In this document: piece after piece, positions 1 through 10,783 of the stretch
Position numbering within the stretch: the stretch's first letter is position 1
Layout: the number at the start of each line of letters is the position of its first letter
NCBI GenBank assembly: GCA_977016875.1
Contig: CDRNST010000331.1
Location: 1,798,001 to 1,862,000 of the forward strand
Length of the DNA: 64,000 nucleotides
Reading direction: 5' to 3'
Source: Pavona decussata
Taxonomy: Eukaryota
Position numbers and translations under genes: made by a program
Notes under the pieces: model-generated
Database searches by the model: none
What the model was told of the DNA's origin: nothing
Seen by the model: only the letters and a program-made list of their open reading frames with translations

Positions 1-945
1 GCCATCTAGGCCAGCAACGCGCAAACCTAATTAACTGAATGACCTATCATGCCTCACCTATCTCACCAACGCTGCTGGGTCGGACCGGAGTATTGGCAGG
101 TCAATATTACCAAAAGTCATTGAAATGAACTAGAGAACTTAGCTTGGGGAAGTCGCTACGCAGACTTAACCGAAGCGCAAACGCCGATAGGCATCCCCAA
201 GTTTATTTGTTATATCACAGATCAACCCCCAAAGGGAGGGAGGGTGGGTACATTTTTTACAGCGTAACAGTAGATAAAACCATGTCGTAACCAAGTGTGA
301 CTTAGAACATTCTATTGCACATTTAAAGCTAGACAGCATTCAATGTCAGGGCCAATGGCCAGGGTTGTACTATGCTTATGATAGACTTTACATCATAGCA
401 AACGCGACATGAATGCACCATTCACTGGTTTAGCCATACAGAAAAAGCGAACTAACTTGTCTCCAGACAATGTCGCAACATATTACAATGTGACTATTGA
501 CTAACGTGACAATGATACGGTGATAAGTCTAAAGTACAGTACGTAGAGATGCCACCCGGGGCTAAGGGCGTCACGTTCCATTAACTGCGTTTTACAATTG
601 TATTGTAAAACTTTCTATAATTATTATTATTATCATCATCATCATTATCATTACTTTTATTGTAAGTTGTTTTAGCGAGCAATCAAATGATTGAAATCAG
701 AAAATAGGGATATTATTTAAGGTTATAATTCCAGAAATATAGCAATAAAATTGAAAGACAGTTTGCTTTCCAAGGACATGACATGTGCATTCATTGTCTG
801 TCAGTGAAAGGGCAGAGTATGACAACTTTGTGTATTTGTAATAAATCACAGTTGATGTCTAGACTAATAGCTCTTTCAAAGTTACCTTGATATAATTTTT
901 AAAATATTATGATTTTAACTTATTTTTACCTTAATTTGCCTCTAG

Positions 946-3900
946 AGTCAAATTGAAAATTTCATTTTACCTCTCTTAAATTCACCAAGCGAAGAAACAA
1001 GAAAGGTGAGAAATCTGTTAGTAGTTACTTTTAATTAAAATTTCTTATTGTGTGATGAATTTTTCTTTTTAAAAACATTTAACACTACCTGAAAAAATTA
1101 TTATTTTAGTAAGAGTTTTTTGTCTGTCACAGAGTGCCTGTCGCTGTTATGCCTTGTTGCCAAGATGCAGTCGAAGTGGAAACAGTGGAAAGAAACAGGC
1201 ATGTCCATGGGAGGCCCAGTGGAATAAAGTGCTTTACACAATTCACAAGTTACTTGATGCTGTTTACGAAAATGTTAAACCAGGTGTGTTACAGTGCGAT
1301 GCGCCTTACCGTGGCCACCCAACAAACTTTTTCTACAAGTTAGCTAATCAGGATGTGTAAATTAGATTAACGGTCACGCCTCCTTGCAAAGTCAACAGGC
1401 AAGTGACGCAACAACGAATTATTGAAAACATGTCGTTTTGTATTTTAAGGCTAACTTGTAAATAAAAGTTTGTTGCGTGGCCACGGTAAGGTGCTTCACA
1501 CTGTAAATAAGTCACTTAGTATTGACAAAAGCTGAATTTTGGTATTTTGTTAAATCCGTTGAATTTCTCTGAGCAGCCTCTCAAATCAGTGATCATCTCC
1601 TACAATCATCCTAAATTTTAAGGGTCAGGTGCCTTTTAATACAGAGGTATGTTTGCCCAGTTTATGACTATGTTAGAAAAGCAAATCTTAGCAAGGGCTA
1701 TTGAAATCCAACAAAAAAATGGGGGTAACCACACGTCTTTAAGAACTTTAAGAAACTTTTAATTAGTTATTCAAACAATGTGAAGATGTGCAGAATGTAT
1801 GCATAGTAGTGAAATTAAAGGAGCCACCGGCCATAACCCTTTTAACCCCTTATATCAAAGAACAAATTCTCTTGTCTTGTCCCCATACTTTTCTTATAAA
1901 AGTACTGGGGAGAAATTAATAAAATATCAAAAAAATTCACCTTGGGTGGTCTATCCTTAATTCTTGTGACCTCAGGGATTGAATGAGCATTGATATTACA
2001 AGGAGAAATTTGATGCTGATCACTGTTAGGGCTTAAGGGTTAACTTGTGCTTACTTTGTATTTAGAATCTTTTGGTATCAAATCACCATCTCCTGTGACT
2101 TTGATCCCAGACTGGTGGTTGCATATGTGAGATGTTCAACTTTATAAGTAGATGTTAATTAATTATAACTATTTACAAATGAAACATTTCAATGACTTAC
2201 TTAATAATGATAGTCCACAATTGTTTAAAAAATTATTTCAGTTCCCTCCAGAGCCTCACAGGACTCTACATCTCAGCCAGAGACATTACCACTCGGTGAA
2301 ATTCCACAAGTTGAACCAAGCCGGACACACACACTCATCACCAGATGTAACACATTGTTAAGCTGTCTGTCTGCAATGATTAGGTACACAACTGTGTGCA
2401 TAATTCTATTTTTATTTATATCAGGGGTTTTATGCAAAAACTTTGGAAAAAGTGGCTTTGGGGGTTTACAGACTCCTTAAAGCTGTTTGGAATTAGAGAG
2501 CATGCATGGTCATATCTCTTTGGAGAAATTTCACTGTAAAATATTTTATTTCTAATCATATCTCTATAATTTGATCTTCAATGATTCAAGCTTTAAAATT
2601 ACTGTTAGTCCAAAATGTGAATTCAAAGATATCTGGGATGATTTTTCCTGAACCTGTGAAATATTTGTCTTTTGTTTTTGTTGTTGTTTTTTCTTAGCCG
2701 TTTACTTTTTAACCCTGTCAAAATACCAAACTATACCATACCGCTCCTGTGTTTTAGATGAGTTTTAGTTAATGGAATTGAAAAAAAAAAAAGCAGGAAA
2801 TGGAAAGGTTACACCAACATCCGTTTTGAACTCACAATTTTGTCATAATTTCAGGGAGGACTATCTTAAAGTTGTTACAGTTCCCATTGATGCCAGTATT
2901 ACCCTCTTGACCAGAATATTGTCAGTCACGAATGACTCTCTGGTAAGTTACATTGCAGGTGGTTTTTGTTGGTGAACCACTGTTCTATATGAGAGCGCAT
3001 AAATTTGCATGAGATTTGCATAAAATCTAGTTACACAATAGTTACAAGGATTTCCATATGTTAACTGTCTGAACTTCTGTCATGTTTCTGCATTATTTTA
3101 ACAAACTGTATTTAAAACTTATACAGGTAAAACATTTATAATTTGTAAGTATTAGACTATTCACATTGCAACATTTTGTAAATGTGTAATGTATAAACAA
3201 CTTTTTGTTTGCCTAGATAAAAGAACTGATAAATTAAAGAACATTAATATTTTACGTTTATGTATATTAAGCAATTTTTTTCATTGATATGTGTATTGTT
3301 GGTTTTTGTTGTTTGATTCATTTGCAGAAGAATGCAGTCATTGTTGAATCAGTGTTGTTGAGAGCAAGCTTACCTCTAATTCATGCAAATGCAGTAGATC
3401 TGTTAAGAAATCTTATAACAAGGTAACATAAAAATTTTAATTATGTGATGTACAGAAGGTTATCGATCTATGCTTGAAAGTTAGAGAACTGAAAGGTTGT
3501 CGTGTAAGGTATATGTTAACTTAAAGTAATACCAGTGGCCATTACATCCAGTCTCATTAGCACCGGTTCAACAGTCTTATGTTTTATTGGGATACAGCTT
3601 AGCCCCATCGCAAACATGTTTACAGTAAAGGAAATCAGGGGGTGCCCCTGGGAAAGAGTTAGCTCCTAATCTGGGGAGAGGAAGGGGGAGTAGTGGACTT
3701 GAGTATTACCACTACTCGACCCTCCCCCCTCCCCCCCCAGACCAGGTGCTAGCTCTTTCAAATAGATATCCCCTACTTGAATTCCTTCACTGCAAGCATG
3801 TTTGCGATAGGTCTAACTTGATTCACTTTATTAACACAGATGTGGAAGCCTAATGCTGCCATATTGTGACTTACTGATGAGGATCCTGGTACAAGAACTG

Positions 3901-6900
3901 ACTTGGACAAAACGTCAAGATCCTAAATATGGGCATCACAAGCCTTACAGGTCTGGAGACATTTCACTGTATCATTTGCAATCTGATGTTATATTGTACA
4001 GTCTCAAAATACTCAAACGTTAGAACCACCTTGTATTGCATAATAAACAGTACCACAGGAAAGCACTGTTCAGTAGCTTTCATTTGAATGGTCACACTTT
4101 AGGATGTCACCCACAGACTCAAAAGTTAGAATCACCTTGTACAGCACAATAAACAGCACCACAGGAATGTACGGCTCAGTAGCTTTCATTTGAATGGTCA
4201 CACTTTAGGATGTCATCCACAGACTCAAAAGCTAGAACCACCTTATACAGCATAATAAACAGCACCACAGGAAAGTACTGCTCAGTAGCTTTCATTTGAA
4301 TGGTCACACTAACCATGAAAAGGCTCAAAAATTGGAAGCATCTTACAGATTGTAGTAAACAGTACCTCTGAAAAATACTGCTGATAAACAGAGCCAAAAG
4401 TTGCTAATTAAAATTAGTTGCTAAATGAGTGGAGACTGAACTCTTGGCATGAAAGTGTTTGCTAGAAGCCAGGTTTCTTTTCTTTTTGCCTTGACCTTGT
4501 CTGTTTTGATATGCCCTTATTAGGCATCTAAGGTGTTCTGTGTATCTGTGTCTCGAGCACTGGGTCCAGGTGACAAACAGCCTGCCTGAGGGGGGTGGAC
4601 TGGTGGCTAAATTGATGCAACATCTTGTGGATGACATAAAGCCTTTAATCTGTCAAACCAAGGTAATGTGGTCAATATAATTTATCATTAAAGATTTAAT
4701 ATTTTCAGATATTTTCTTTGGGTACTTTGTTTTGCTTCTTTACTCCTTTTGCTCGGCGCTTTTTACTTGACAAAAGAAAACCAGACCGATGCAAAATTTG
4801 ATGTTACCCTTCTAAGCCCTTATATCAAAGAACAAATTCTCCTATTTTGTTCCCATACTTTTCTCATTTAAGTACTGGGGAGAAGGTATTAAAATATCAT
4901 GAAAATTCACCTTGGGTGATCATATTCTTGATTCTCATGACCTCAGGGTTTGAATAAGCATCGATATTACAAAGAGAAATTTGATGCTGATCACTGTTAG
5001 GGCTTGAAGGATAATAGCACTGTTTTACTTGTTTTAGCTGTTGCCATCCACCAATGCTGGAAACCCACCAATATCAAAAAAGGTAACTATCCACTATACA
5101 TGATATTAGCAGGTATGAACCGAAAATAATAAAGTATATTGATCACAATATGATGCCAGGATATGAGGATTTATAGTTCAGTTGGTACATAATAAAAATT
5201 GGACTGCCAACAAGAAGGTCACAGCTTCAAACCTAATAAAAGCTATGAACTTTTTAAGACATCTTTTCCATACATGAAAAGACTACAGGAAACTTACTAC
5301 TGGTATTTTATTTATGCTTTGCACTTCATGCCAAATAGCTGTCATATACTTCTCACTCACTTCATCATGTTGTTTTACCCTTCCCCCTCTTGGTAAATTG
5401 CTTTACCTTGTTAAAAAAAAAAAAAAGAGTAAAACAGTGTACACCAGCAGCTGTCTTGTATTGATTCCCAGGCAAAAAAAAGAAAATTACAAGATGATGT
5501 TGACCAGTTACTGACAGGTATGTATTTGAGATAGTTTTTGTTCAAACTGTGCTGCCTTTCTTTTTGGTTTTATATGTGTGATTAATGTTTTAATTGTCAA
5601 GTTGTCCTTCTTGTTTCTGCAGGCCAACAAAAGTTTGATATGAAAGCTAATGAGATGGTAACGTACAGAGCTCTTAGAGGTAAAATACAAGGCTGAAGTA
5701 TGATTTTAATTCATTTGACACTTCTTAATTAATTAAAAGGGTGATTTTCATTGCTAACTTTCAATGGTCTTGTAGACCTAGTAAGCTCACGTTTCTTGTG
5801 AAACCATTGCGCTGTGCATGGCATTCATACTTTCATCCTTTCATTGCCAAGACTTCCAAAGATTTCTAAACATGTCCTGCTAGGTTCCAAATGATGTGTC
5901 TGAAGATTTCCAAATTTGAAGCAAATTTCCAAATATAACCCCAAATACATTTTATTTGCCAGATTCATAAGAAGATCAAAAGTTTAGACTCTTGTTGGGA
6001 GAACTAGGATTTTATTTTTTGGGATATGCCTGTGTTACTGACCCAAAGAAAATCTGTTTTGAGATCTTCTAACATGGCTAGAATGATTTGTGAGCCTTAT
6101 TTCACAAACTTGGGTGGAGACTGATGCATAAAGTGTGAGAGTTACCAGGTATATTTGGATAGTACATGAAGTTTAAGCTCGAATTTCTGCCAAAGAGGGG
6201 TTTGTTTTTGTGATGGGAATAAGGTTTGTAAATTTCTCTTTTAATTGTTTTTTTTTTTTCTAAAAATCAAGATTAACTTATCATTTGTTATTTTTTTTGT
6301 CATCAACAGCTTTATCTGCATTGTTGATTGCTGGTGGAAGAGACATTCCACAAGATGTATTTAGGGTCAGTAAATGTTAAGTTTTTGGAAAAACGTAGGA
6401 CCACTCAATATGTTCTCCAACTTGTACCTCCAACTATACGATCATACATCTCTCCTTTGCTCTTAAACCACTAACATAAACAAGGTCTTGGAAGAGTAAA
6501 ATTTGTAACATGGTAAGGAATTAGATGGATATTAGAGAGAGATTTTGTTTGGTGAGTTCTTCAAGGTTGTGGGTAAATAAACTCGGCAACAAATGTGTAC
6601 AACAAATGAGAGAACAGGCTGCGGTGAACTTCAAGAGTCTTAACATCAATTATGTTAATCATTACAGAACTTTAATTTTTTTCAGGAAGTTCAAGTGTGC
6701 ATCATAAAGTTGATTATTCAGTGTCAGCAGTCACCATACCCCTCGTATCCCATACCATTCAGCAGCGCTGAGTGTCGGCAGGCATTGTACCATGTTCTTC
6801 TGTGTTGTCTACTTAGTAATACACCTCATGTTCCATCACCTATCAATCATGCTGTCAAGTTATTCAGTGGGGGACTGCAAGATGCTGATCTCAAGGTGAG

Positions 6901-8910
6901 GGTATGGGGGAAGAACCCAGGTGAAAAAGGGCAGGGGGTAGGGAGAGAAGGGGTGGCAACTGGGAGAGAAGGGGGTCGAAACTGGGAGAGAAGAAGTGGA
7001 AACTGGGAGAGAAGGGATGCAAACTGTGAGAGAAGGGGTGCAAACTGGGAGAGAATAGGTGGGAATGGGGAAGGAAGGGGTGGAAACTGAGAGAGAAAGG
7101 GTGGAAAGAAGGAGGTGGGAACTGGGATAGAATGGGAGGGAACTGAGAGATATGTGGGTGGAGAGAATGGGTGGGAACTGGGAGAGTAGATGTGTAACTG
7201 TTCTGTATGTATAGACAGTGAATTTTTATGCCACAATGAGAAGTATTTAGAGATCATATCCTTGGTCAACTGATTTTTTATTTTTATTTATTTATTTTTT
7301 ATTTTTAGGTGTCCAGTTTTTGCTGGGAAGCCTTAGCTGTAACTAATTCCATCATCCATCCAAGGTCCTTCCCACAAGTGTGCTCTGCTCCTGGGCCATT
7401 ATTGGTTGGCTCTCCTGAGCACCCTTCTGATAATGATCCAGTGCTTGGGTCCCATCATCAAGGTATCTCTGAATTGCAATCACCAAGTTCACTAAATCAA
7501 ATGACAAGTGAAAATACTGTTTCATCACAACAAAGTATTTTAAGCAGAGGAGCATTTGGAAATGTGCATAGTGTTGGTTACTCACAAATAGAGCAAAATG
7601 TCACAGGATATGGAGAGGTTCCTGAAGGCGGAAATGATATTGGTACACCTTTAATGATTATCAGTAATAAATCTATGGAAGATAGTCAAGATGATACAGC
7701 AGAAAGGCGTGTTGAAAACTCTAACATTAATGACATTCAAAGCCAAGTCACTGAAAATGAAAAACAATGCAGTAAGGCAGGAAATGTAACAGCAGTAAAT
7801 ATTAACAGTGAAACATCAAGTGTTCTGCTCAGTGCTTCAAGTTCAAACACATCCCTGACAGCACAACTACTTAATAAGGAGGGATTCATTACAGCTAATA
7901 CAAGTAACACTTTGTCATCAAATTCTGACTGTGGAACAATAAACCAGAAAGGAGGAGAGGATAGCATTTCTTTTCACCAGAAAAGAGATCAGCATGACGT
8001 AATCGAAACTCTTGGGAAATCTGATCCCAAGAGAAGAAGAGTCAATGATAATTCCAATGTGTCTGATGAACAAATGTACAAAAATAATCATGGTCCCCCG
8101 ACACCAAGCAAAGATCATCTCTCTGGAGGGACTGAGGAGCAGAACAAAGACCTAGCCATTGAGGTAAGCATAACCAAGTCCATGGTTCCTTGCATGCATT
8201 AGCAATGCAATGGTAACAGTAATGTAGTTTTATTGAGAGTTTCAACTTAACTTATACCATATAATAGTATGCAGCAAATCCTGTCACAGGAGAGCAATAG
8301 TCACCTTACAAAAAAACTGGTTCAGGATGAGAAAAGAGCAGTCTGATTGGTTTCCAAATTTTGCTATATGGACCACTAAGAAACAACTAAGATGGACTCA
8401 CATGTTTCACTGCACAGACCTGCTTTCAAAAACCGTTGGAAAGTTTACCGGTTTTGTATAAATTGGAACCTTTTCTTGTATGTCTGGAACAACTGTGAAA
8501 GTGGTAGAAAAATGTTTATGCAACAACTTATTAACAAAGTATGCAAGGAGCTGACATGCTCCCTTTAGAAAGATAGGTTGGAAACTTACCTGTTAGCCCT
8601 TTATAACAGTGATCAGCATCAAATTTCTCCTTGTAATGTCAATGCTTATCCAACCCCTGAAGTCATGGGAATTAAGGATATGATCGCCAAAGGTGAATTT
8701 TCATGATATTTTAATAACTTCTCCACAGTACTTTTATAAGAAATATATGGAGACAAGATAGGAGAATTTTTTCTTTGATATATTTAGGGTTTAAAGGGTT
8801 AACTTCTGTTTTCTTTCTTTTTTCAGGATAGTGATTCTGATGAAACTTCTAAAATGTTGGCATCATTTGTTGACTCATACCCGGACTCTGATGATCAAGA
8901 AATTTCATGA
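946..8910 (+). CDS. PELP1: PELP1/Rix1-like rixosome scaffold protein, 5'-partial (upstream exons lie outside the window)
   Basis: Fourteen GT-AG exons with consistent phases: 946-1005, 1133-1283, 2242-2383, 2855-2942, 3328-3422, 3840-3950, 4524-4662, 5038-5082, 5472-5517, 5623-5679, 6310-6365, 6686-6895, 7309-8163, 8827-8910 (2139 nt, ends TGA). Translation includes ACRCYALLP, VTVPIDASITLLTRILSV, VYLCLEHWVQV, ECRQALYHVLLCCLL..PSP, KVSSFCWEAL..IIHPR and C-terminal KMLASFVDSYPD. These match recalled human PELP1 motifs (ACECYSRLP, VSVPVQEILDFICRTLSV, RCRRELYCLLLALL, EVSSFCSEAL..THPR, AMLADFIDCPPD). Confidence 0.9.
1842..2043 (+). mobile_element. About 200-bp TTAACCC...GGGTTAA MITE (piggyBac-like ends), copy 1
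   Basis: TTAA-bounded termini. The same body recurs at about 4805-5010, 8594-8802 (inverted) and 9445-9637. Confidence 0.75.
3599..3817. mobile_element. Foldback MITE in a PELP1 intron
   Basis: Imperfect terminal inverted repeats of about 40 bp: TTAGCCCCATCGCAAACATGTTTACAGTAAAGGAA / TTCCTTCACTGCAAGCATGTTTGCGATAGGTCTAA. Confidence 0.6.
4000..4370. repeat. 106-bp tandem repeat, about 3 copies
   Basis: TGAATGGTCACACT recurs at 4085, 4191 and 4297 (period 106). Confidence 0.9.
4805..5010 (+). mobile_element. Same MITE family, copy 2
   Basis: Shares TATCAAAGAACAAATTCTC..AGTACTGGGGAGAA..GATCACTGTTAGGGCTT with 1842-2043. Confidence 0.7.
6900..7190 (+). repeat. Purine/G-rich degenerate 21-bp minisatellite in a PELP1 intron
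   Basis: Repeated AACTGGGAGAGAAG(G)GG.. units. Confidence 0.8.
8594..8802 (-). mobile_element. Same MITE family, copy 3 (inverted)
   Basis: Reverse complement of the 1842-2043 body (AACAGTGATCAGCATCAAATTTCTCC...), ending GGGTTAA. Confidence 0.7.
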
Positions 8911-9444
8911 AGGCCCGGGGGTGTTCCTTTCAACAATTTACATTAATGTCGCTTAGCCCATTGTGAATAGTTGTAAGGAAAAGGTGGTCCTACTCTAGAA
9001 TTAGAGCTTTTTGTCTCAAAAGCATTTGTCATTCTACTGTACTTTGTAAATCAAAACCAAAGTAATGAGCCCATCACAACAGATGTGCAAGTGATGTGTA
9101 AGCAACAAAATCACTAAGCACCGTGTTGTGAATTTCCAGTTTGTGGAAAGAAGAACTTGAAACTGGGGTTGAGAGCGGAGATTTCCAACTATGAACAGAA
9201 AGTGTTAGAAATAGAATTCTCTTGAATGGTGGATGCCCCTTAATCTAATTTATTCCTTGAATAATCAGTGCAATGCTATTCTTTTCTTTCCACCAAAAGG
9301 CATTGCAACAGTGTTAATGTTTCTAAAACTTGTCTAAAATAAATACCTGGTTTAAAAATCACTATAGGCTTAGGGTTTATTTTAGAAATTAGCTTTCGAG
9401 GGCCCTGATCTCCTTTGGAGATTTTAGAGGGTCTCTTTTCACAA

Positions 9445-9637
9445 AATCAAAGAACAAATTCTCCTATCTTGTCCCCATACTTTTCTTATTATAGTCCTGG
9501 TGAGAAATTGTTAAAGTATTAAAATATGAAGAAAATTCATGTTGGGTGATCATATCTTTAATTCTCATGACTTCAGGGGTTGAATAAGCATTGATTTTGC
9601 AATACGAAATTTGATGCCAATCACTGTTAGGGCTTAA
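9445..9637 (+). mobile_element. Same MITE family, copy 4 (ends eroded)
   Basis: ATCAAAGAACAAATTCTCC..TCACTGTTAGGGCTTAA. Confidence 0.7.
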
Positions 9638-10783
9638 ATAAACTGTGCAAGCTTATTATTTGAGGAAAGGATACATGTACAATCATCATGTTTACTACAC
9701 AGAACAATCTTTGACAAAAAGCTACGACTTGTTTGCTATGATCATTGTAGACCATTTTTCAATGTTAGCAAGTCACAGATTAATGTAAAGGCATGCAATA
9801 AACACAACAGACAATAATTATTGATGGGCAAGATTGGGCAGGGAATGTACTGGCAAGGCTCGGATAGGGATAGGACCCCCCGACTGCATAAGGGATGAGG
9901 GGCCTCGGCACATGGCGCCATGCCGAGGGGGTGCCTCATGCCTGTACTGCAGGGCAGACATCGACCTGGGGTAATGTCCTGGCGTAAAATCCAGTCCAGA
10001 ATGTCAAGATGTCCCCTCCCTGACGGGGCTCCAGCACAGGGCTGAAGGGGTGCCGCAGGCAGCAATTCCCCGCCCTTATTTTATTAATGCTACTTCTTAC
10101 AGCATGTTAACAATGCTAGGAAATGGCATGAAAACAAAACCGAACAACAGATTTAATCAACACAGCTTCTTCAATCAATGACATACCTTGATTACTCTGA
10201 TGTTTACAGTGTATTTTATTTGTTTGTTTGTTTTTTGTACAACCTTGAACCTTTTTGGTTTTTAAATTATCTGTTGGTTTATTTCTTTTACTGGAAAATG
10301 AAGAAACCAATAAAACTGTTAGAAACTAAAACTTTTTATCTCAGACAAGAATATTAAACAATTTAACCTTTTTTCAAAAACATTTACAGTATTTATGTAT
10401 GTACAACACTTTGTGTATTTTGTAAGACTACCCAAGTTGAGGCAGGTATCACATTTTTGTTTTCTATTACACTGCAAATTCTTCACTGTGAAACAACCAC
10501 CAGAATTTTTTTTAAATAAAAACATGTAGTAAAATTTCCTTAACACATGTAAGAACAAAGAACTGGCAAGCATATTTACTGGCCAGCTGATCAACTTGTA
10601 AAAAATAAAATTGTTATGTTTTAATCTCATTCTGGCTTTACTATATCCATTCACCAATCATTCAGGCACAAACACAAATTGACTATGTTACAATCCGCAA
10701 GGACTAAACTTTGGCCCCACAATCTCTTAAAGCACTTAGCCTGGACAGGGCTATAAAATAATTACTATTAAAATTTTGTACAT

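Noticed and set aside
4176-4397. ORF containing TIQMKATEQYFPVVLFIMLYKVV
   Set aside because: Translation of the 106-bp tandem repeat, not a gene.
6847-7269. 140-aa Pro/Ser/Leu-rich ORF, and the G-rich tail of ORF 6695-7090
   Set aside because: Translation of the intronic minisatellite. The true exon ends at the donor at 6896.
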